From Minisyncoccota bacterium (GTDB lineage Bacteria > Patescibacteriota > Minisyncoccia > Phycocordibacterales > PALSA-1337): a stretch of DNA of 64,000 bases. This document shows, piece by piece, positions 37,401-44,577 of this stretch (position 1 is its first letter; the number at the start of each line of letters is the position of its first letter). A program made the translations under genes and the position numbers. Where the stretch lies: assembly GCA_041665325.1 (NCBI GenBank), contig JBAYJB010000001.1, positions 162,817 through 226,816 of the forward strand, read 5' to 3'. Below the pieces are notes generated by a model. It made no database searches. It was not told the DNA's origin and was given only the letters and a program-made list of their open reading frames with translations.

Positions 37401-38353
37401 AAATGTGCGAATCGATTATGCTTCTTCACTTTCTGAAAAAACTTTGAGTCGACTCTACCGAATTCTCTGATGAATCTTACGTTCTTATAGCCGGTCTCCT
37501 CTCGAATCTCCCTCGCGGCCGTATCGGCCAACGATTCTCCTTCTTCCCTACCACCGATCACGAAACCTTGCCAGTGCGTTGCCTTCCAACGAGCGCAAAG
37601 ATATTTATCTTCATGCCAATGTTTGATGATCACCACTGCCGCATCGCGTTCAGAGATCGGATCATCGGGCCGAAAAGCATCTTCACCAATGGCCCTAGTC
37701 ACGAGCGGTATGCCGCCACTCGCATCCAGATCCGTGAGCAACCGATCCGCATAGTCCGTGATCTTCAGGACCCACTGGCGCATCGGCTTCTTCTCGACCG
37801 GCGTGCCGCAACGCTCACAACGTCCGTCCTCGACGTCTTCGTTGGCCAGACCGGTCTTGCATGAAGGACACCAATTGATCGGCTCATACGATTCGTAGGC
37901 CAGGCCTTTCTTGAATAACTGCAAGAATATCCATTGCGTCCACTTGTAGAACTTGGGATCAGTCGTATTGACCTCGCGCGACCAGTCGTAGTCCAGACCG
38001 ATCAACTCGAGCTGCTGTTTGAATCTTTTGACGTTCTTGGCTACCGACACCATCGGATTGGTCTTCATCTTGATGGCGTAGTTCTCCGCCGGCAGGCCGA
38101 AGGCATCGAAACCCATGGGGTGGAGGATGTCGAGGCCTTGCATGCGCTTCATGCGCGAGACGATGTCAGTGGCGATATAGCCCTTGGGATGGCCAACGTG
38201 TAGGCCATCACCGGAAGGATACGGGAACATATCGAGGACATAATATTTGCCCTGACCGGTCTTCTCGCTGGCGCGGTAGAGCTTGGAAGAGGTCCACTTC
38301 TTCTGCCATTTCTTCTCGATCTTGGCGGGGTCGTAGACGGGGCGCTTTTTCAT
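34433..38353 (-). CDS. leuS: Leucyl-tRNA synthetase carrying three inserted hydrolase modules (Nudix, alpha/beta-hydrolase, Nudix)
   Basis: LeuRS core: [16 protein letters not shown] (HIGH), [35 protein letters not shown] (CP1 start), [36 protein letters not shown] (KMSKS). Inserted modules: [23 protein letters not shown] and [23 protein letters not shown] (Nudix boxes), and [13 protein letters not shown] (serine hydrolase nucleophile elbow). Total 1306 aa, against about 820-860 aa for canonical bacterial LeuRS. Confidence 0.9.
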   Translation of the reverse strand: [1306 protein letters not shown]

Positions 38354-38376
38354 GCGTCCATCATAACATTTCTATT

Positions 38377-39474
38377 TTATATCTTAAACTCAATCACATC
38401 CCCGTCCTGCACGATGTATTCTTTCCCTTCCGTTCTGACTAGGCCCTTCTCACGGGCGGCGGCGTATGAGCCGATATCAAGAAGCTCCTGCCAGCCGATC
38501 ACTTCGGCTCGCACGAACTTGTCCTTGAAATCGGTGTGGATGGCCGTACCCGCAAGCGGCGCTGTCCAGCCATTCTGAATAGTCCAGCCTCGCGTCTCGT
38601 CTTCGCCGGTGGTGAAATATGTGATCAAACCAAGCATCTTATAACTAGAAACAATCAAATTATTGATCCCGTCATCCTTAGCACCCATCCCCTCTCTCAT
38701 TTCTTTCTTCTCGGCGTCATCCATATCCTTGAGGTCTTGCTCGAAGCCGGCATCTACGGCAACCCATGAAGCATTGTTGGCTTTCATAAATTCCATGAGC
38801 TTGTTCCAGCGCTCGTCTCTCAATTCGTCCAAATTCGTCCCGCCGGACTTCTTATTCAAAACATAAAGTATCTTCTTGGCAGTCAACAGACAAAGCTGTT
38901 TCATCATCGGTGCCTCGAACTCATCCGGCACAACGGTCGAAGCCAGCTTGCCGCCATCGAGCGCAGGTTTGATCCTCTCCAGAAGCCCCATTTCGGTCTT
39001 GGCTTCCTTCTTGCCGGCCTTCACTTCCCTGCCCAGGGTATTGATCCTCTTATTCACAGTCTCCAGATCAGCAAAGATCAATTCGAGGTTGATGACTTCG
39101 ATATCCTTGACCGGATCGATCTTGCCATCCACGTGGATGATATCCGCGTCCTCGAAGATGCGCACTACTTCCGCGATGGCATCAGTCTCGCGAATGTTCG
39201 ACAAGAATTTGTTCCCCAGACCTTCGCCGTCAGATGCGCCCTTCACAAGTCCGGCGATGTCCACGAATGAGACGGCCGCCGGCACAGTCTTGGCGGACTT
39301 GGAAAACGCGGAGAGTTTCCACAAGCGTTCGTCAGGCACGGCTACGACGCCAACCGACGGATCGATGGTGGCGAAGGGATAGTTGGCCACAAGCACGCTC
39401 TTCCTGGTGAGCGCGTTGAAGAGCGTCGATTTGCCGACGTTCGGGAGGCCGACGATGCCGATGGAGAGGGACAT
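38377..39474 (-). CDS. ychF: Ribosome-binding ATPase YchF (Obg-family GTPase/ATPase)
   Basis: IGIVGLPNVGKSTLFNALT G1 motif, and the C-terminal TGS domain (GWTIQNGWTAPLAGTAIHTDF). 365 aa. Confidence 0.9.
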   Translation of the reverse strand: MSLSIGIVGLPNVGKSTLFNALTRKSVLVANYPFATIDPSVGVVAVPDERLWKLSAFSKSAKTVPAAVSFVDIAGLVKGASDGEGLGNKFLSNIRETDAIAEVVRIFEDADIIHVDGKIDPVKDIEVINLELIFADLETVNKRINTLGREVKAGKKEAKTEMGLLERIKPALDGGKLASTVVPDEFEAPMMKQLCLLTAKKILYVLNKKSGGTNLDELRDERWNKLMEFMKANNASWVAVDAGFEQDLKDMDDAEKKEMREGMGAKDDGINNLIVSSYKMLGLITYFTTGEDETRGWTIQNGWTAPLAGTAIHTDFKDKFVRAEVIGWQELLDIGSYAAAREKGLVRTEGKEYIVQDGDVIEFKI

Positions 39475-39697
39475 GATGTGTAGATTAGCAGATTTACATT
39501 AGAAGTCGAATAAAATCATCGTTGCTGCATTTTCGGCGCCAGGGAAATCCTCTTTTTTCGATCGGCTCTTTTCAAAATCTTGCGGGCGAAAGGTTCATCT
39601 TCCAATCACCTTGTTTTGAGCCGTTAATATTGGCCAGTCTTGCGCAAGCAAGATTTTTGATTTACGTAGGTAGGAAGACGAGAACAGCCGCCCTTCT

Positions 39698-41074
39698 TTA
39701 CCCCACCTGCCCCGCCCCTTTTTCATATTGCACCAGTGGCAATTCATTCCAGCCCTTCATCACCGCGGTGATGAACTTCCAAGAAGCCAAGATCTCCTTG
39801 GTCGAGGAGAAGAGTGTCTGGTCACCTATAAAGGCGTCGTGAAGCAAGCGCTCATAATCATTTGGGATGTCCTGCCAGACAGTAGACGCCTGATCAGCGT
39901 ATTTGAACTTGAGCGTCTTGGGCTCGATCCGGAACTCATACCCCGGCGTCTTGACGAAGAACTTGATCTTGATGCCCTCGTCCGGCTGGATGCGGAAAGT
40001 CAGGATATTCTGCTCGTTCTCATTTTTACCACCCTTGAAGTAGACATCGATCTCGGTCTTGGACTCGGCCAATGCCTTGCCGGATTCGAGATAGATCGGC
40101 ACCTTCTTCCAGCGCGACGAATTGACGAAGGCCTTGAGGCGGAAGTAAGTCTCGGTCACGGACTTGGCCGGCACGCCCGGCTCGGATGTGTAACCCTTGT
40201 ATTGCCCCCTGATAGCACGGACCTTGGCAGCCTCATTGGAAACTATCAGTTTGGAGAGTACCTTGGTGCGCTCCTCGCGGATGAGGGGAGCCGTGAATGA
40301 CTTGGGGCGATCCATAGCCACCGCCGCGAGCATCATGAGCATGTGGTTCTGACCGACATCCTTGAGGGCGCCCAGCGGGTCGTAGCTATCGCCTCGCTCG
40401 CCGACGCCGCCGGCCTCGAAGAGCTTGATATGGATCTTGTCGATGAATTCTCGGCGCCAGATCGGCTCGAAGAGCGAGTTGCTGAAACGGAAAGCCAGAA
40501 TATTCTGCAATGACTCCTTGGCCAGGTAGTGGTCGATGCGGAAGATCTGCTCTTCCCTGAAGAGCTTGCCGAGGAGCTTGTCGAGGGCTTTGGCATTCTC
40601 GAGATCGCGGCCAAAGGGCTTCTCGATCAGGATGCGCGTCCAGCCGGTCTCATCGGCGCAGGGCTTGGTCAGGCCGGAGCCGGAGAGATTGCCCAAGATG
40701 CCCTCATAGAGAGACGGCGGCACCGACAGATGGAAGAGCTTGTTGGAACATTGGCCCCAACGGGCATCGATCTCCTTGATATGCGCCGCCAGGCGGTCAT
40801 AAGCCCCCTTCTCATCGAATAACCCCTGCTCGTACGAGATGTGGTCGAGGAAATGCTTGATGTCCTCCTCCTTGAATTCGCCCGGACGAACATTGAGGCG
40901 GCCCCTGATGAGGTCGCGAAATTCTTCCCGCGAAAAGGGGCGACGGGAAAAGCCGATGATATTGAAACGGGCCGGCAGGAGCTTCTTGCTATACAGGCTC
41001 AAGAGGGCCGGCAGGAGCTTGCGGGCGGCGAGATCGCCCGTGACGCCGAAGATGACGAAGATGGTCGGATACAT
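39698..41074 (-). CDS. zwf: Glucose-6-phosphate 1-dehydrogenase
   Basis: IFGVTGDLAARKLLPAL NADP-binding fold, and the RIDHYLAKE substrate-binding signature. 458 aa. Confidence 0.85.
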   Translation of the reverse strand: MYPTIFVIFGVTGDLAARKLLPALLSLYSKKLLPARFNIIGFSRRPFSREEFRDLIRGRLNVRPGEFKEEDIKHFLDHISYEQGLFDEKGAYDRLAAHIKEIDARWGQCSNKLFHLSVPPSLYEGILGNLSGSGLTKPCADETGWTRILIEKPFGRDLENAKALDKLLGKLFREEQIFRIDHYLAKESLQNILAFRFSNSLFEPIWRREFIDKIHIKLFEAGGVGERGDSYDPLGALKDVGQNHMLMMLAAVAMDRPKSFTAPLIREERTKVLSKLIVSNEAAKVRAIRGQYKGYTSEPGVPAKSVTETYFRLKAFVNSSRWKKVPIYLESGKALAESKTEIDVYFKGGKNENEQNILTFRIQPDEGIKIKFFVKTPGYEFRIEPKTLKFKYADQASTVWQDIPNDYERLLHDAFIGDQTLFSSTKEILASWKFITAVMKGWNELPLVQYEKGAGQVG

Positions 41075-41093
41075 TGTTGGTTATTGTACTACA

Positions 41094-41219
41094 TCAGAAG
41101 TCCTCCCCCCACTCCACCCAGACAGGATATATAGTACCGGCCACAAAGACGCATGGCAGGATGATGATAGCCAGGAGGCCCCAGATGACGAACTTGATGG
41201 CTTTGAAGAAGAAGTCCAT
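41094..41219 (-). CDS. Possible 41-aa membrane peptide upstream of zwf (speculative)
   Basis: MDFFFKAIKFVIWGLLAIIILPCVFVAGTIYPVWVEWGEDF. A promoter-like TTGCTT-N17-ATACGAT lies upstream, and there are 19 nt to the zwf ATG. Confidence 0.25.
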   Translation of the reverse strand: MDFFFKAIKFVIWGLLAIIILPCVFVAGTIYPVWVEWGEDF

Positions 41220-41280
41220 AGAAGCGATATCGTATCGCAGAATGGCGACGATAAGCAAGCGAAGTCGATAACGGATATAT

Positions 41281-41315
41281 AAAAAGGCCCGGGAGGTTTG
41301 CACCACCCGGGACCT
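41281..41315 (-). terminator. Rho-independent terminator downstream of ORF 41335..41883
   Basis: Minus-strand CCCGGG-tggtgcaaacct-CCCGGG followed by CCTTTTTATATAT. Confidence 0.4.
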
Positions 41316-41334
41316 GGAAAGATCGTCGCGTCGC

Positions 41335-41883
41335 TTAGCTCGACAAGAGCCGGTAGAGGAAGAAGGGCATGAATTTCATGGCCGCTTCCCTGCTCCACCA
41401 TTTTCCCCACGAGCGCGTGCGAGTCTGCCTTGAATCCGCGCAGAACCAATACTCCAGAGGGACCTTGTTCACTGCGCGGGAATAGGTGACCTCGATGTCC
41501 GCACCGACTTCGCGGATCGTCGCCGTCAGATCCCTCATACAACGCCGGAGATGGGGCTTCGCCGCCACGACGATGATCCTGTTCACGCCTTGACGTATGG
41601 CCCACCTCACGGCACCCCGTGCCACCTGTAAGGTGGTTGGAGTGTGTCGGGAAGATTCGCTCAGATATTCCACAGGAATATCGAGCTGACCAATCGACTC
41701 GATGCGCACATTTGCTTGAGTGAAGACCGGCAGGAGCCTATGATCAGGCTGACCGAGATGTCTAGACGCATCACGAGCGATCTCGGCAATGAACATGTTG
41801 GGAGGGATGGTTGAGGGCGTGCCGAAAGCAAACGCCACTACACCACTGACAAGCGGAGCTACTTTAGCTGATTGAGTTTTCAA
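41335..41883 (-). CDS. DUF218 (YdcF/SanA/ElyC-family) domain protein
   Basis: RIIVVAAKPHLRRC resembles the DUF218 core (VIVTSAYHMPRA). N-terminal hydrophobic segment. Confidence 0.45.
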   Translation of the reverse strand: MKTQSAKVAPLVSGVVAFAFGTPSTIPPNMFIAEIARDASRHLGQPDHRLLPVFTQANVRIESIGQLDIPVEYLSESSRHTPTTLQVARGAVRWAIRQGVNRIIVVAAKPHLRRCMRDLTATIREVGADIEVTYSRAVNKVPLEYWFCADSRQTRTRSWGKWWSREAAMKFMPFFLYRLLSS

Positions 41884-41985
41884 ATATCACCTATGGGTTG
41901 AATTTTCGTCTTAAAATAGTTTGGATTGCCAGAAATGAATATACCACACTTGATAGTATATGTAAATAGTTATTGCCTTATGCTC

Positions 41986-42062
41986 TGGTGCACCCTGCAG
42001 GGCTCGAACCTGCGACCTCGCCCGTGTGAAGGGCGCGCTCTAGCCAACTGAGCTAAGGGTGC
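41986..42062 (-). tRNA. tRNA-Val (anticodon CAC), CCA encoded
   Basis: GCACCCT-TA-GCTC-AGTTGGCTA-GAGC-G-CGCCC-TTCACAC-GGGCG-AGGTC-GCAGG-TTCGAGC-CCTGC-AGGGTGC-A-CCA. Cloverleaf with all stems Watson-Crick paired. Confidence 0.8.
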
Positions 42063-42093
42063 ATGAATCTAAAAAAATTTGGGAATTTTCAAA

Positions 42094-42167
42094 TGGTCGG
42101 GCTGCCGGGAATCGAACCCGGACCGCATCCACCCCATGGATGTATACTACCACTATACTACAGCCCG
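42094..42167 (-). tRNA. tRNA-Pro (anticodon GGG), CCA encoded
   Basis: CGGGCTG-TA-GTAT-AGTGGTA-GTAT-A-CATCC-ATGGGGT-GGATG-CGGTC-CGGGT-TCGATTC-CCGGC-AGCCCGA-CCA. Confidence 0.75.
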
Positions 42168-42337
42168 ATCGGCGCGCCGGAGACAAAGCGGCCTGCGTAG
42201 CTTACTTTATTTTTGAGATTTCCTCAAATTGTGCTACATTATCACGGTTCGAGTAGGGCCTATACTCGCTTCGCTCGTTGAGGCCCGTCGCTCGGACGCT
42301 GTGAATGATGAGAACATCATTCACACGATCCTCGCTA

Positions 42338-42408
42338 GGGCCTATAGTAAAATGGTATTACGCGTCCATGGCATGGACGAAGCCCGGGTTCGATTCCCGG
42401 TAGGTCCA
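42338..42408 (+). tRNA. tRNA-Ala (anticodon GGC), no encoded CCA
   Basis: GGGCCTA-TA-GTAA-AATGGTA-TTAC-G-CGTCC-ATGGCAT-GGACG-AAGC-CCGGG-TTCGATT-CCCGG-TAGGTCC-A. The G3:U70 Ala identity pair is present. Confidence 0.75.
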
Positions 42409-42445
42409 CTCAAAGAAACATTATTTTCTATATTCCGAATAAATT

Positions 42446-43870
42446 TTAATTGCTTTTTAAGATAAATCGAATCGAGAATTCGTCGCTCTTTCTAAGTAAT
42501 TTTTCCCCTTGTAATTGTAATTCGGTTACATAATTTGATGAAGAAACCAAACCATCTTTGAAAACCTTAAATCCTAAAACATGGCACTTTGCCTCAGACA
42601 TTGATCGTTTTATTTTATTCTCTAGAGAAAAAGAAGCCATACCAAACGCATCAGTAGATAGACTTTTTATAAGTGAAGGCTGTTGGTGCAAACCCTGATA
42701 ACGCGGGTCTTCAGCCTGAATACAGAAAACATCGATCTTTGACGAAATAATCGCTCTTGAAAGCGAGTCGTTGACTTTTACAGTAATTTTGGAAGGATAG
42801 AGTTGGTTCATATCAGAAATTCCCCTACTCCTAAATCGCATGTCAGAATGATAAAGGTTCTCGTTGATAATATAAATTGAAAGAGGACCAAAAGCCGCTT
42901 TTCGGAAACCATCTTGATAAGTAAGCATTATATCCCTTAGATATTCTTCCGACAAAGAAACGACAGGAATTTTGGGAGAGATGTTGGAATTGTCAATGGC
43001 ATTTGGATAAACATAGTATTCGGGAATGGCAACTCCGTAAGTATGTGCAACCTCATGTGAAAGAGTTTGTACTAGTAATGAATAAAAACCAGAATTAGGG
43101 CTTAGATCATTGCTCGAGTCAGCTAAATGAAGTGACTCATTTCCTAGAAATATTGTTGGTGGGGCACCTTGGACTGTATAGGCACTTGTGATTGCTCCAG
43201 GAATGCCATATACGACCAATGCACCAGGGGTGTAATATTGTGAGTCGGCAATTATATTTGCACATCCATTTACACAAGTATCTGGATTATATGTTTTTAG
43301 ACCAGCAAAAGAAAAAATTTTCTTCGTACCTGAATAAACAAAATTGATCCCATCAACAAAAGAAGAAAGGACTTGTGATAAATCCTTTCGAGTCTCTAGA
43401 TATTTATCAGGCATTACAAAAAGAATTTTCTCGGATTTTGTTTCTACAAAATCTGCAGTAATCCGTGTTCCTGAAACTTTATCTATACCATCTAAATCAA
43501 AAGAGCTCCCGTAAATAGGGATCACTCTATACTCGTATGTGACACCACGCTCCACATCATAATCAATAGCAAAATCACCTCCCGCATTAGAAACGGTTGG
43601 TATATTTTTAAAGGAAGAAAGACTATTACCTTCAACATTTGCTCGAGCGAGCGCATAACTTGAAGGCTTTGGAGTTACAGGATTCCACTCAATATATATC
43701 GCACTACCTAGACCGTTATTCTTAGCAGTAATAGTCAACTGTGCGGGCTGGCAAGATGTACCCCTACATTCATTCCCGTTTTTGTTAAAACTAAATGGCA
43801 GAAGACCTGAAAAAAGAAGAACAAAAAACAATAGGCCAGCCCCGATAACGTAAATATATTCTTTTTTCAT
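42446..43870 (-). CDS. Secreted putative zinc metallopeptidase (HExxH) with an N-terminal FN3-like region; encoded on a strongly AT-rich segment
   Basis: Signal/TM YIYVIGAGLLFFVLLFSGLL. HEVAH motif in LVQTLSHEVAHTYGV. The sequence composition is markedly AT-rich compared with the flanks by eye. It sits immediately 3' of tRNA-Ala. Confidence 0.5.
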   Translation of the reverse strand: MKKEYIYVIGAGLLFFVLLFSGLLPFSFNKNGNECRGTSCQPAQLTITAKNNGLGSAIYIEWNPVTPKPSSYALARANVEGNSLSSFKNIPTVSNAGGDFAIDYDVERGVTYEYRVIPIYGSSFDLDGIDKVSGTRITADFVETKSEKILFVMPDKYLETRKDLSQVLSSFVDGINFVYSGTKKIFSFAGLKTYNPDTCVNGCANIIADSQYYTPGALVVYGIPGAITSAYTVQGAPPTIFLGNESLHLADSSNDLSPNSGFYSLLVQTLSHEVAHTYGVAIPEYYVYPNAIDNSNISPKIPVVSLSEEYLRDIMLTYQDGFRKAAFGPLSIYIINENLYHSDMRFRSRGISDMNQLYPSKITVKVNDSLSRAIISSKIDVFCIQAEDPRYQGLHQQPSLIKSLSTDAFGMASFSLENKIKRSMSEAKCHVLGFKVFKDGLVSSSNYVTELQLQGEKLLRKSDEFSIRFILKSN

Positions 43871-43927
43871 ATAATGGCACTATTATACAACTCTTTAAAG
43901 CAAATGATATAATGACACCATAAAACA

Positions 43928-44515
43928 ATGATGACTGATTTCATCTTGGGAGCGACGGCCGCGGTCATAGCTTACGAGCTGTATTTATATCAGGGGGCTT
44001 CATCATCCATATCGATTTGGGGCGCGACTTTTGTCTTGATCTCATTGTCAGCGTTGTTGGGGGGTATCTATCACGGCGCACGGCATATCGCCGGAGAAAG
44101 ATTCAACCGCTACACATGGAAGGCAGTCCTCTACGCCTTAGCCGGAGCGAGCTTCCTGTTCCTGTGCGCCGCATCATTCACTGTTCCGGTTGCTACTGTG
44201 AAAATTGCTCTCATCATCTTCGCGGCCATCAAATTGCTCATCTCCATCGGAGCGATCTATTCTTCCGACAGATTCCGTATGGTGATGTATGACTATCTGA
44301 TCTCTATGGTGATAACGGCTGTGCTCTATAGCCTATTTATGCCGCCACATGCGACGCTCTGGTTCGCCACTGGGATGATCATGTCTCTCATCGCATCGGC
44401 GATCCAACTCCGGAAGATCGCCCCCAAGCGCTATCTCGATCACAATGACATATATCACCTTCTCCAAGCCCTGGCGCTCATCATGATGTACAAGGGCATC
44501 ATAGCCGCGCTCTGA
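43928..44515 (+). CDS. Hypothetical polytopic membrane protein (about 6 TM)
   Basis: 195 aa, hydrophobic throughout, with no recognised motif. Confidence 0.5.
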   Translation: MMTDFILGATAAVIAYELYLYQGASSSISIWGATFVLISLSALLGGIYHGARHIAGERFNRYTWKAVLYALAGASFLFLCAASFTVPVATVKIALIIFAAIKLLISIGAIYSSDRFRMVMYDYLISMVITAVLYSLFMPPHATLWFATGMIMSLIASAIQLRKIAPKRYLDHNDIYHLLQALALIMMYKGIIAAL

Positions 44516-44577
44516 AAACAAAAGGCCGCCTTCCCTCTTTTGAGAGTCGGCGGCGGAATGATAACTTCGGGTGTGAT

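Noticed and set aside
42229-42465. + strand ORF of 78 aa overlapping tRNA-Ala(GGC)
   Set aside because: It overlaps a well-folded tRNA cloverleaf and its leader, so it is almost certainly non-coding. The same applies to ORF 45668..46021 (+), which spans tRNA-Pro/tRNA-Ala, and ORF 42059..42256 (+), which overlaps tRNA-Pro on the other strand.
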